From an uncultured Gemmatimonadales bacterium (GTDB lineage Bacteria; Gemmatimonadota; Gemmatimonadetes; Longimicrobiales; Gaopeijiaceae), in contig CAWELD010000003.1 of assembly GCA_963809895.1 (NCBI GenBank), positions 3,040,001 through 3,104,000 on the forward strand: DNA of 64,000 bases, read 5' to 3'. The position numbers and the translations under genes are program-made. Below are positions 19,140 through 29,922 of the stretch, piece after piece. Position 1 is the first letter of the stretch. The number at the start of each line of letters is the position of its first letter. A model generated the notes under the pieces. That model was not told where the DNA came from. It saw only the letters and a list, made by a program, of their open reading frames with translations, and made no database searches.

Positions 19140-20835
19140 ATGTACCATCGCATTGCCCTGGCCTCGGTGCTCCTGGGTGCGACCCTGGTCGCCACGGGAT
19201 CCCCCCGAACGCGCGTCGACGCGCCTCCGGCCCACCTGCACCTCGCGGCGCCTCTGTCGGCGTCGACGCAGGCGCGGGCCGCGACCCTCTCCGGCCCCGG
19301 CCGACGCGTTCCTCACTTCCGACCGGTGTCTCGCCTGCCACAAGGGGGTGCGCACCTCGACCGGTGAGGACGTCTCCATCGGCTACGCGTGGCGCGCCAC
19401 CATGATGGCCAACAGCGCCCGGGACCCCTACTGGCAGGCCGCGGTGCGTCGCGAGATCACCGACCATCCCGATCAGTCGGAGGACATCCAGAACGAGTGC
19501 AGCCGCTGCCACATGCCCATGGCCAGCGTGGTCGCCCGGGCCGAGCGTGGCAGGGGCGCGGTGTTCGCCAATCTCCCCGTGGGAGCCGGCAACTCGCCCG
19601 AGGCGTTGCTGGCGGCCGACGGGGTGTCCTGCGCCGCGTGCCATCAGATCCGACCCACGGGGCTCGGCACCGAAGAGAGCTTCGTGGGCGGATTCGACAT
19701 CCCCCTGGACATGCCCGCCGAGGGGCGGCCGCTGTTCGGACCCTTCGTGCCGGACACCGGCGGGGTGGGCATCATGCACTCGGCCACCGGCTTCCGCCCG
19801 ACCCAGGGCCCCCACATCCAGTCGGCCGAGCTGTGCGCCACCTGCCACACGCTGCTCACGCACTCCATCCTGGCGGACGGAAGCTCGGGTCCGCAGTTCC
19901 CGGAACAGGTGCCGTTTCTCGAGTGGCAGGCCAGCTCGTACTACGACGACGAGACGACCTGCCAGGACTGCCACATGCCCGAGGTCGAGGAGGACGTGCC
20001 GGTGACGGCGGTGCTGGGCCGCGCGCGCCCCAACGTCTCCCGGCACACCTTCCGGGGCGGGAACTTCTTCATCCTGCGCATGCTCAACCGCTACCGACGC
20101 GAGCTCGGCGTGGTGGCCTTGCCGCAGGAGCTGGCCCTCGCCGCCGAGGAGACCGAGAGCCATCTCCGCGAGGCCGTGGCCACGGTGACCGTGGAGCAGG
20201 CCCGCGTCGACACGGACCGTCTGGTCGCCGAGGTGAACGTGCTCAACCGCACCGGCCACAAGTTCCCGACGGCCTACCCGTCACGCAGGGCGTGGCTGCA
20301 CGTGACCGTAACCGACGCCCGGGGCCGCCAGCTGTTCGAGTCCGGCGCCTTCGCCACCGACGGACGCGTGGTGGGCAACGACAACGACACCGATCCGGGC
20401 AGGTTCGAGCCCCACCACACCGAGATCACCAGCCCCGATCAGGTCCAGATCTACGAGAGCATCATGGTGGACCGCGACGGCGCGCCCACGACCGGGCTCC
20501 TGACGGCCGACCACTTCGTGAAGGACAACCGCCTGCTGCCGCGGGGGTTCGACGCCGCCCGCGCCGACGAGCGCGTCCTCGTGCACGGAGGGGCCCGAGG
20601 GGACCCGGACTTCTCGCCCGAGGGTGATCGCGTGCGCTACTCGGTGGCCGTGAATCCCGGTGACGGTCCGTTCACCGTCGACGCGGAGCTGTGGTTCCAG
20701 CCCATCGGCTATCGCTGGGCCACGAACCTGGCGGACTACGACACCTTCGAGACCCGACGCTTCGTGCGCTACTTCCGCGAGATGGCCGGCGCATCGGCGA
20801 TCCTGGTGACCTCGGGCTCCGCCGTGGTGCGGTAG
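19140..20835 (+). CDS. Secreted pentaheme c-type cytochrome; apparent frameshift between 19200 and 19300
   Basis: Five CxxCH motifs (CLACH, CSRCH, CAACH, CATCH, CQDCH), ARDPYW and GHKFPT motifs; the signal peptide lies in the frame of ATG 19140. Confidence 0.85.
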
Positions 20836-20902
20836 GGCGTCACAGCGACCCCACGATCTTCACTGTTGCCCGGGCCGTCTCCAGGCCCAAGTTGGTCGCA
20901 GG

Positions 20903-23227
20903 ATGGGGATCATCGACCGCCTCGGAAGCGCGCTGTCGGACCGCTACCGCCTCGACCGGATGCTGGGCGAGGGCGGGATGGCGCTCGTGTACCTGGCCCA
21001 CGACCTCAAGCACGGTCGTCCGGTGGCCATCAAGGTACTGCGCCCGGAGGTCTCCACCACCGTCGGAGCAGAGCGCTTTCTCCGTGAGATCGAGGTGGTG
21101 GCGGGCCTGAACCACCCCAACATCCTCCCGCTGCACGACTCCGGAGACGCGGATGGCCTCCTCTATTTCGTCATGCCCTTCGTGGAAGGAGAGTCGCTAC
21201 GCGACCGGCTGAACAGGGAGGGGTCCATCGCGGTGGACGATGCGCTCCGCATCGCGAGCGAGGTCGGCGACGCCCTCCAGTACGCGCACGACCGAGGGCT
21301 GGTCCATCGCGACATCAAGCCCGAGAACATCCTCTTCCAGGCGGAGCACGCCCTGGTGTGCGACTTCGGGATCGCCCAGGCGACCCACCAGGCGGGCCAG
21401 ACCTTGACGCGGGCCGGTACGTCCGTGGGCACGCTGGCATACATGGCGCCGGAACAGTACACCGACGCCGGCGCTGCGGTGGACGGACGCTGCGACGTCT
21501 ACGCGCTCGGGTGCACGCTGTACGAGATGCTCACCGGGACGCAAGCGTTCCTCGGAAAGACGCCCCGGGCCGTGCTGGCCAGGAAGCTCACAGAAGCCGC
21601 CCCGGAGCTACCCCCGGCCCGGAAGGACATCCCGTCGACCCTGCAACGCGTCCTGGAGCGGTCCCTGTCGGTGGATCCCGAGGATCGGTTCTCCACGGCG
21701 CAAGCCTTCATCGAAGCCCTTCGGAGCGCCACGACCCGGGTCGCGATGGAGGCAGAGACGCGGCGGCGGTGGCGCCGTCGCATCCTGCGCCGGGTGGGCG
21801 CGACCGCCGCAATCGTGCTGCTGGTGCTCGCCGGCTGGCGACTCGGCGACATGCTCCGTGCGCCGGCCATGCAGCGCATCGCCGTCATGCCGCTGGTGAA
21901 TGCGGATCCGGCAAGCACGGCGGACTACTTCGTCGAGGGCGCCTACAACGACCTGGTCCTGGAGATGTCCAAGGCGATCCGGGTCATCAGCACGGGCTCC
22001 GCCGAGCGTGTCGCCGCCGAAGGCCTCCGACCCCGTGACGTAGCCGCCGCGCTGAATGTCGACGGTGTCATCACCGGGCGCGCCAGCCAGGGTCCGGGCC
22101 AGGTGGCCATCACCCTCCAACTGGCCGACGCACGGTCTGAAGAGATCGTGTGGAGCGAGCGCTTCGAGGCAGATCCCCGGGAGATCCTGAACCTCTACCG
22201 ACGCGCCACCCGCCTGGTGGCGGAGACGATGGGCGTGGAGCTCAGCCGCGACGAAATGGAGCGGCTCGGTGATTCCCAGGAGGTGGACCCTCGGGTCTAC
22301 GAGGCTCTCCTGCAGGCCCGCTTCCACTGGCAGAAGCTCACAGCCGAAGGGATCGACAACGCCGAAGACTACTTCCAACAAGCCCTCGCGCTCTCGGACT
22401 CGACGTCCGCCGCGGCCTGGACGGGCCTCTCCCGGATGTGGGGGATCCGGGCGCAGATGGGCCTCGTCGCCGGAGACGTCGCGCGCGAACGCGGTGCGGA
22501 GGCGTTGGCGCGCGCGCAGAAGATCGACCCAGGGATCCACACCGAAGAGGCGGCCGTCCAGGCCTGGCTCGCCTGGGACTGGGAGGCATCGGCCGAAGCC
22601 TACCGCGCTGCTGCCGAGTCCGATCCCAGCAACTCCGCGACGCGCGCCTACCTCGCCCACATCCTCCTCTACCTCGGACATGGAGACGAGGCCCGGACGG
22701 AGATGGAGCGAGCCGTCGCCGAAGACCCCTACAACCCGCTGGTCCTCGGACTCTATGGCCAGTTTCTGAACTTCGTGCGACGCTACGACGAGGCGGAGGA
22801 GGCGTTCCAACGCGCCCTCGAGCGAGCCCCGGACAACCCTCTCGCCCTCTCGAACTTCCGCGCCACGTATCACAACCAGGGACGCTTCGATGAAGCCATG
22901 CCGATCTGGCGCCAGTACTACGCGACGCGGGGGGATAGCGCCGCGGTGAGCGCGTTGGACGCGGGCTACGCTCGGGGCGGGTACACCAGCGCTTTGCGCG
23001 CGGTGGCGGAGACCTTCGCCGAGCGAGACGATCCGGCGCTCCGCTGGCAGATTGCCACGCTCTACACGCGCGCCGGAGACAGAGGGCCCGCCCTCCACTA
23101 TCTGGAGGAGGCGCTCCGCGTACACGACCCCAACCTCCCCTACATCACCATCGACCCCATCTTCGACTTCCTCCGGGACGAACCCCGATTCACGGTCCTG
23201 GTGGACAGCCTGCACCTGCCGGGCTGA
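20903..23227 (+). CDS. Ser/Thr protein kinase with TolB-N-like and TPR domains
   Basis: LGEGGMALVY, VAIKV, HRDIKPENIL, DFG, YMAPEQ; TM helix; IAVMPLVN domain; TPRs; DPIFDFLRDEPRF tail. Confidence 0.92.
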   Translation: MGIIDRLGSALSDRYRLDRMLGEGGMALVYLAHDLKHGRPVAIKVLRPEVSTTVGAERFLREIEVVAGLNHPNILPLHDSGDADGLLYFVMPFVEGESLRDRLNREGSIAVDDALRIASEVGDALQYAHDRGLVHRDIKPENILFQAEHALVCDFGIAQATHQAGQTLTRAGTSVGTLAYMAPEQYTDAGAAVDGRCDVYALGCTLYEMLTGTQAFLGKTPRAVLARKLTEAAPELPPARKDIPSTLQRVLERSLSVDPEDRFSTAQAFIEALRSATTRVAMEAETRRRWRRRILRRVGATAAIVLLVLAGWRLGDMLRAPAMQRIAVMPLVNADPASTADYFVEGAYNDLVLEMSKAIRVISTGSAERVAAEGLRPRDVAAALNVDGVITGRASQGPGQVAITLQLADARSEEIVWSERFEADPREILNLYRRATRLVAETMGVELSRDEMERLGDSQEVDPRVYEALLQARFHWQKLTAEGIDNAEDYFQQALALSDSTSAAAWTGLSRMWGIRAQMGLVAGDVARERGAEALARAQKIDPGIHTEEAAVQAWLAWDWEASAEAYRAAAESDPSNSATRAYLAHILLYLGHGDEARTEMERAVAEDPYNPLVLGLYGQFLNFVRRYDEAEEAFQRALERAPDNPLALSNFRATYHNQGRFDEAMPIWRQYYATRGDSAAVSALDAGYARGGYTSALRAVAETFAERDDPALRWQIATLYTRAGDRGPALHYLEEALRVHDPNLPYITIDPIFDFLRDEPRFTVLVDSLHLPG

Positions 23228-23276
23228 GCGTCGACCCAGCCCTGCGACGGCTTCGCACGGCATCTCTTGCCAAAAC

Positions 23277-23310
23277 TAGTGACATATGACATATATGTTC
23301 TTCGTCACTA
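23277..23310. promoter_or_regulatory. Putative PadR operator
   Basis: TAGTGAC...GTCACTA inverted repeat enclosing palindrome ACATATATGT (23289-23298); AT-rich patch just before the padR RBS. Confidence 0.65.
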
Positions 23311-23323
23311 CTGGAGGCACATC

Positions 23324-23680
23324 ATGTCACGCAGCCGCGACCCCGAGGCGGTTCTGCCCCTGAAGCCGAAGCCGTTCCTCATCCTGCTGGTGCTGGAAGA
23401 GGAAGGGCCGCTCCACGGCTACGCCATCAACAAGGGCATGGGCGAGCGCTCGGGCGGCGCCGTCACCATGGATCCCGGGGGATTGTACCGGCTGATCGCC
23501 CGCCTGGAACGGGACGACCTGCTCCGCCGGACCGACCCGCCGTCGGACGAGACCGACGAGCGTCGCCAGTACGTGGACATCACCGACTGGGGCCGGCGCG
23601 TGTTGGCCGCCGAGGCTCGTCGCATCGCGCACCTGGCGGAGCTCCCGTCGGTCCGGCAGCTGGCACGCGAGGACGCGTGA
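23324..23680 (+). CDS. PadR family transcriptional regulator
   Basis: ILLVL...LHGYAI, GGLYRLIARLE, RRQYVDITDWGRRVL; GGAGG RBS. Confidence 0.9.
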   Translation: MSRSRDPEAVLPLKPKPFLILLVLEEEGPLHGYAINKGMGERSGGAVTMDPGGLYRLIARLERDDLLRRTDPPSDETDERRQYVDITDWGRRVLAAEARRIAHLAELPSVRQLAREDA

Positions 23681-26337
23681 AGCGGCGGGGCCACTGGCCG
23701 GAGCGCCTCTATGGCGCCGGTCTCCGCATCCTCCCTCGCCGCTTTCGTGAGGCCTACGGCGAGGGGATGCAGGCCATGTTCCGGGACGAATGGCTCTCCC
23801 GGGGGCGCCTGGGCCGGGCCCGGCTCGCGGTGCGCTCCGTGGTGGATCTGACCTGGACCGCGCTCCGGGTGCGCGTCGGCACCGGGCGTGAACACGGGAT
23901 TTCCGAGGAGGGGATGATGACGACGGGGTGGATCGGCCTGCGACTGGATGTGCGGACGTCGCTGCGGGCGCTGCGGCGCTCCCCTCTCTTCACGGTCACG
24001 GCGACGTTGTCGCTGGCCCTGGGATTCGGCGGTGTCGCCACGGTGTACTCGCTGGCGGATCACATGCTGCTGGACCCCATCGAGGGCGTGCGCGCGCCCG
24101 ACGAGCTCGTGGAGCTCACGCCCTCCGGGCTCCCCTACCCCGTGATCCAGGATTTCCAGCAGGGTGTCCGCGGCCTGACCGGCGTGGCAGCGCACCGCAT
24201 GCGAACTGTCGCCCTTGAGCTGGGCTCCGGCGCGGACGCGAGGCCGGTCCAGGCAGGGGTCGTGTCCGGCAACTACTTCGACCTGCTGGGAGTGGCTCCC
24301 GCTCGTGGTCGCCTGTTGACGCCGACCGACACGGTCCAGGGTGCGTCTCCCGTCGCGGTCCTCTCCCACGCGGTCTGGACCGAACTGGGCGAGCGCGACG
24401 ACATCGTCGGGTCGGACGTCCGCATCAACGGCGCGAGCTTCCGGGTCGTGGGCGTGGCTCCGGCACGGTTCGTGGGATTGCGGCTGTGGGCGCATCCCGC
24501 GGTCTGGATTCCTGTGGAGAGCTGGCCCCTGGCATCACTGGGACGCACGCCCGACGTGCATAGCCGGGGGTGGGGCTGGATCGCCGCGGTGGGCCGCCTC
24601 GCACCGGGTGCGTCGCTGGCTTCGGCCACGCAAGAGGCCCGGGTCACCGCCCAGCGGATCGCCACCGAGCACCCCGAGAATGCCGGCGACCTTGACGATC
24701 TGGGCGTCAGCCCCGCACGTCTGCGGGTGGCCGACCAGGCCGGTGGGGTGTTGCAGCCGCTGCTCCTGGCCCTGGCCGGCATGGCTCTGCTGGCCCTTCT
24801 CGCCGCGGCGGCGAACGTGGCGAACCTCCTCCTCGCACGTGCGACGAGGCGGACCCGGGAGCTGGCGGTGCGCGCCGCCCTGGGGGCCGGGCGAGCGCGC
24901 CTGGCCCGCCTCGCCTTCGTGGAATGTGCGCTGCTGGTGGTCGGGGGCGGCCTGCTGGGCGCCGGCCTCTCGTTCCTGGCGCTCCGGGGCCTGGGCGCGG
25001 TCACGCTCCCGGGCGGGATCCGCATCGGGGCCGGCTTGAGCCCGGATCCGCGGTTCATGGCGCTGGCCGGCACGCTCCTGCTCGCCGTGGTGGTGGTGGC
25101 CGGCCTGGCGCCGGTGCTGGCGGCCTCTCGTGCGTCCGCGCGGATGGCTGGCTCCGACCGATCCGGTGGGGCGGGCCCCCGAAGCGTACGGCTCCGGGCG
25201 GGCCTGGCCGCAATCCAGGTGTCCGCCGGCGTCGTGCTGTTGGCGGGCACCCTGCTCTTCGGCCAGAGCATCCTGAAAGCACTCCGCGTGGACCTGGGCT
25301 TCGACGCGCAGCGCATGGCGGTGGTCCGGATCGATGCCTCGCTGTTCCGCGACGATCTCGGCTCCGCGGGGTCCGCGTTGTCTCGTCTGCTGGACGACAT
25401 CCGCCGGCAGCCAGGCATCGACGCCGCGTCGTGGTCCACCGTGGCCCCGCTGACCCGCGACTGGGAGCAGGAGAGCTTCGACATCGTCGGCCGCGCGTGG
25501 CCCGACCGGAAACCCACGGTGGAGGTGAACGCCGTGGGAGGCGACTTCTTCGCCGCGTCGGGGATTCCGCTGGTCGCCGGAGATCCCGCGGCCGTGCGGT
25601 CCCCGGTGCGTACCCCGTCCGTGGTGGTGACCGAAGCGATGGCTCGACGCTACTGGCCCGGCGAGAGCCCGGTGGGATCCCACGTCGTCATCATGGGGAT
25701 GGAGCTTCAGGTGGTGGCGGTGGCGGCGGACACCCGCTTCCACGGATTCGATGCCGATCCCACGCCCACGGCCTTCGGCCTCCTCCCGGTCCTGCCCTCC
25801 TCGTCCATCAGCATCGTGGCGCGGGGCCCCGGGGCCGAATCGCTTCTCGGTTCGGTGCGCGGGCTGGCGCGGGCGGTGGATACACGGCTGGTCGTGGCGG
25901 ATCAGGCCACGGGCGACACCATGGTGGGACTCCTGCTGGCTCCTCAGCGCGTGGGCGGCGCGGTGGCGCTCCTGTTCGCGCTGCTGGCCATCGCCCTGTC
26001 GCTCACCGGCGTCTACGGGGTCGTGGCCTACGGTGTGACCGCGCGTCTGCGCGAGTTCGGCGTCCGGCTCACCTTGGGTGCCGGACCGGGGCGCGTGACC
26101 GGCGAGGTGCTGCGCCGCAACCTGGGCGTGATGGTGGGGGGCGTGCTCCTGGGCGTGGCCGTGTCGCTGATCCTCACCCGCCTCGGCGCGGCGTACCTCT
26201 TCGGCGTGGCCACTTCCGACGCGCTCCCGGCGCTGGTGGCCGGACTCGGCGTCCTCGTCATGGCGACGGTCGCCATGTGGATGCCCGCACGCCGTGCCGG
26301 CCAGGTCGATCCCGCCACGGTGCTGGCGGCGGAATAG
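23677..26337 (+). CDS. Duplicated orphan ABC permease (ADOP, MacB/FtsX-like)
   Basis: DVRTSLRALRRSP, VSGNYFDLLGV, ANVANLLLARA..R.RELAVRAALGA, second REFGVRLTLGA, PARRAGQVDP; overlaps padR stop. Confidence 0.9.
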   Translation: MKRRGHWPERLYGAGLRILPRRFREAYGEGMQAMFRDEWLSRGRLGRARLAVRSVVDLTWTALRVRVGTGREHGISEEGMMTTGWIGLRLDVRTSLRALRRSPLFTVTATLSLALGFGGVATVYSLADHMLLDPIEGVRAPDELVELTPSGLPYPVIQDFQQGVRGLTGVAAHRMRTVALELGSGADARPVQAGVVSGNYFDLLGVAPARGRLLTPTDTVQGASPVAVLSHAVWTELGERDDIVGSDVRINGASFRVVGVAPARFVGLRLWAHPAVWIPVESWPLASLGRTPDVHSRGWGWIAAVGRLAPGASLASATQEARVTAQRIATEHPENAGDLDDLGVSPARLRVADQAGGVLQPLLLALAGMALLALLAAAANVANLLLARATRRTRELAVRAALGAGRARLARLAFVECALLVVGGGLLGAGLSFLALRGLGAVTLPGGIRIGAGLSPDPRFMALAGTLLLAVVVVAGLAPVLAASRASARMAGSDRSGGAGPRSVRLRAGLAAIQVSAGVVLLAGTLLFGQSILKALRVDLGFDAQRMAVVRIDASLFRDDLGSAGSALSRLLDDIRRQPGIDAASWSTVAPLTRDWEQESFDIVGRAWPDRKPTVEVNAVGGDFFAASGIPLVAGDPAAVRSPVRTPSVVVTEAMARRYWPGESPVGSHVVIMGMELQVVAVAADTRFHGFDADPTPTAFGLLPVLPSSSISIVARGPGAESLLGSVRGLARAVDTRLVVADQATGDTMVGLLLAPQRVGGAVALLFALLAIALSLTGVYGVVAYGVTARLREFGVRLTLGAGPGRVTGEVLRRNLGVMVGGVLLGVAVSLILTRLGAAYLFGVATSDALPALVAGLGVLVMATVAMWMPARRAGQVDPATVLAAE

Positions 26338-26406
26338 CGGCCTCCACCGCACGGTCGCCACGGCCGGGCACTGCCCGCCGCGGATCTGCCGGCCACGCCT
26401 CGCCGA

Positions 26407-29400
26407 TCAGCCTCCGCCGTTTCCTCCCCCACCCGAGGTCGTGGTGTCGCTTCTCGGATAATCGAAGGCCCGGTTCGGATAGGGCGGCGCATCGGGCACC
26501 GTCACCGGCTCCTCGGCCAGCTTGCCGAGCAGGTACTCGACCGCGGCGTCGAGCTGAGCGTCCTCGCCGTTGAAGGTCGCGTGCGGAAGGTTGTCGACCT
26601 CGATGTCGGGCACCACGCCGATCTGCTCCACCAGCCAGATGCCGTCGGGGCCGTACACACCCGTCATGGGCGCCCGTGCCAGGCCCCCGTCGCTGAGCGT
26701 GTTCACGCTGGACAGCCAGATCTCACCACCCCAGGTGCGCATGCCGATCACCGGCCCCAGTCCCAGGCGCCGGAAGCCCTCGGCGAAGGCCTCGCCGTCG
26801 GAGGCGGTCTCCTGGTCCACCAGCACCACCAGATGGCCCGCGGAAGGCGTACTGCATGTTCCAGGTGTTCTGGCCCACGCGGCCCTTCCAGTACATCCAC
26901 GCTTCACGGATCAGATCGCTCAGGACGAAGCTGTCGATGCTACCGCCGTTGTTGGAGCGTACGTCGACGATGAGCCCCCCGCGGTCGAAGACCGGATAGA
27001 ACTGGCGGTACCACTCGGTGATGTTGCCGCCGCTCATGGCGCGCAGGTGCACGTAGCCCAGCTTGCCGTCTCCGGCCTCCTCGACCCGCTCGCGGCGCGT
27101 GACCTCCCAGTCCGCGTAGCGCAGGCCGAAGTCGCTGCCCATGGCGGTGGCCACCGCCTCGAACGGCTCGCCACCTTCGGAGGGACGGACCGACAGCAAC
27201 ACCTGCTTGCCGGCCTGGCCGCGCAGCAGGGCGCCTACGTCGGGCACCTCCGCGGTAGGCTGTCCGTTGACGGCCACGATCACGTCGCCCTCGTCGATGC
27301 CCAGCGCCGGGTCGGCCAGCGGGCTGCGCTCGTCGGGGTAGTCGGGATCGTTCTTGTAGATGTGCTCGATGACGTGGCCGCCGGCCGCCGGGTCCAGCCG
27401 CGTGCGGGCGCCCAGCGACGCCACGTTGACGTCATCCGGCCCCTCGCGCAGGTCGCCGCCCCGCACGGCGGTGTGCAGCGCGCTCAGCTCTCCCACCACC
27501 TGGCCGATGACGTCGCTCAGCTCGTCGCGGGTCGTCACCCGGTCCACCAGGGGCAGGTAGCGGTCCCGCACCGCCCCCCAGTCGTTGCCGTGCATGCCCG
27601 GGTCGTAGAAGTAGTCCCGCTCCAGGCGCCAGGCATCGATGTAGATCTGCCGCCAATCCTCGCGGGGATCGATGGCGAAGGACCATCCGCCCAGGTCGAT
27701 GCCGGCGTCCGACAGGTCCGCGCGGGCGGGCCGGGCGTCGATCACGAAGAGGCCGCTCCCCCGTCGGACCAGCATCTTCTTGCCATCGGCCGACAGCTCG
27801 AAGGAGCCGATGCCCGCCGCCACCTCCACCGGCTCGGGGTCGTCGTTGCCGATGGTCATCGCCATGAGCTTGCGGCCGGGCCCGTCGGGGTTGGCGTCGG
27901 TCCAGAAGAGCGCCTTGTCGTTGGCCTGGAGTGCCGCATGGGTACCGGCCTCGACGGGCACCCGCCACACGCGTGCCATGAGCCCGTCGGCATCGACCGT
28001 GACCGCGGGCGGAGCGCCGTTTCCGGCACGCGAAGCGGCGCCCCCCGCTCCCGGGGCTCCGGTGCTCGACGAGTCCTCCTCGGCCATGAGCTCGTTGTCG
28101 GGCCGGAACGGGTTGTCGCCGTCGGCCCTGAGCGCCACGACGTAGAGCTCCATGGGATTTTCGAAGTACGGCTGCGGCGCGCGGGGCCCCCAGGGGGATC
28201 CCACGGCGGAGCGCAGGTTGCGGTCGCTCAGGAAGAAGAGGTGCTCGCCGTCACGGGACCAGGCGGGGTTGGCGCTGTTCACCCTGTCGCTGGTGACGTC
28301 CACCGACGTTCCCGTCTGCGAATCCCACAGGCGGATGCGCTGGAAGGAGTTCATGCTGGCCATCCGGAAGGCCAGCCAGCGGCCGTCGGGCGACCAGGTC
28401 AGGTCGCCCACCCCCTCACGGTTCTCCGAGATCACCCGAGGCTCGGAGCCGTCGGCGTGGCGCACCCACAGGTCGTTGTTGTTGTCCGTGTAGGCGATCC
28501 AGGCGCCGTCGGGCGAGGGCGTGGCGCCGAAGCGCAGGATGGTCCCGTCGTCGGTCAACGCCTCACCCTCCCCCACGCCGTCGGTGGGCAGGGCCATGAA
28601 CTCGAGCTCCCCGGACTCATCCGAGAGCACCAGCACGTGCTCGCCGTCGGGGGTGAAGGCGGCGTCGCGGTAGCGGACGCCGTCGTCGTGGCTCACGCGC
28701 ACCAGCCGGCCCGACTTCACCGGCGCCACGAAGACCCGTCCCCGGGACACCATGGCCACGTGCTCGCCCTTGGGATCCAGACTCACCGACTGGAGCGACT
28801 GCACCGGGTTCGTCACCCACTTCTCCCGCACCTGATCGAAGTCGCTGGCCAGGGTGATGGGGATCCGGCGCGGCGTGTCGGTGCCCACGTCCCAGCGCCA
28901 CAGATCGGCGCCGACGTTGTAGACGATGGTACCGTCGGACATGGTGGGCGCCCGGATGTCCATGCCGCTGTGGCGCGTGTGCTGAACCAGGTCACCGCCG
29001 TCGGGCGTCATGGACCACAGGTTCATGGTGCCGTCACGGTCGCTCACGAAGTAGACGCGCCCGTCCCACCACATGGGGCTGTGGCTCTCGCCGTCGTAGC
29101 TGCCCGTGAGCTCCACCGCTTCGGCGGTGCCGGACATGTCGTAGCGCCAGATGTCCCGGGCGGTCCCACCCGTGTAGCGCTTGGTGACGTTGTTGTGAAA
29201 GGCCGGCCGTGCGAAGAACAGCGCCGAGCCGTCGTCGTTGAAGACGCCCTCGGTGGCCTCGGACAGGGGGATCACGTCGCGGGTCTCGGTGGCCAGGTCC
29301 ATGGCCACGAGCTGCGGCCGGGGAAGCGTGGAGTACTGGACCGTGGTGAACACGAGACGCCCGTCGGGCATCCAGGTCGTGGCCAGCGCGCCGTTGGAGG

Positions 29401-29803
29401 TGTAGGTCCGGCGCGTCGTGGGCCCCCCGGAGAGGGGCATCGTGTACACGTCGGTGCTTCCCTCGTAATTGCCCGAGAACGCCAGCGTCGAGCCGTCCGG
29501 TGAGATCTTGGGCGCGCTCTCGCGCCCCGGGTGGGTGGTCAGGCGCTGCGCCATCCCCCCTTCGAGGGGCACCCTCCACAGATCCCCCTCGGCCTCGAAC
29601 ACCAGCGTCGAGCCGTGGAGCGAGGGGAAGCGGTAGAAGCCGAGCCCGTCGTCGACCGAGCCCACGTCGGCCGGAGCGACGTGATCGATGAGCGCGGGGG
29701 TCGGCGCTGCAGCGCGGGTCTGCGCGACCACGCCGCCGGCGGGCGCCAGGAGGAGGGCCAGGGCCGTGAAGACCGGACGGACGGAGCATCGGAGCGCGGA
29801 CAT
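26407..29803 (-). CDS. Tricorn protease homolog (S41 family: beta-propellers, PDZ); apparent frameshift at 26837-26839
   Basis: YRFPSLHG, KRYTGG, RDYFYDPGMHG, GELSALH, GYVHL, DVRSNNGG, TASDGE catalytic serine, GMRTWGG; removing one G gives AFRGHLVVLVD (~1130 aa). Confidence 0.9.
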
Positions 29804-29922
29804 GGTCGCCTCGGGGCCGGGGTGCGATCGGATCCTGCCGGGGACATCATACGTGCTCGGAGATCCCACGGCACTCGGGGCCGTCCCTCCCTCCCAAGCG
29901 GCACACCCGTTCCTCCTCGATA

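Noticed and set aside
26570..29503. Long antisense ORFs (977 aa here; also 9337-11490, 47465-50017, 51443-53587 and others)
   Set aside because: Shadow frames of well-supported genes, expected in high-GC DNA; no recognisable motifs
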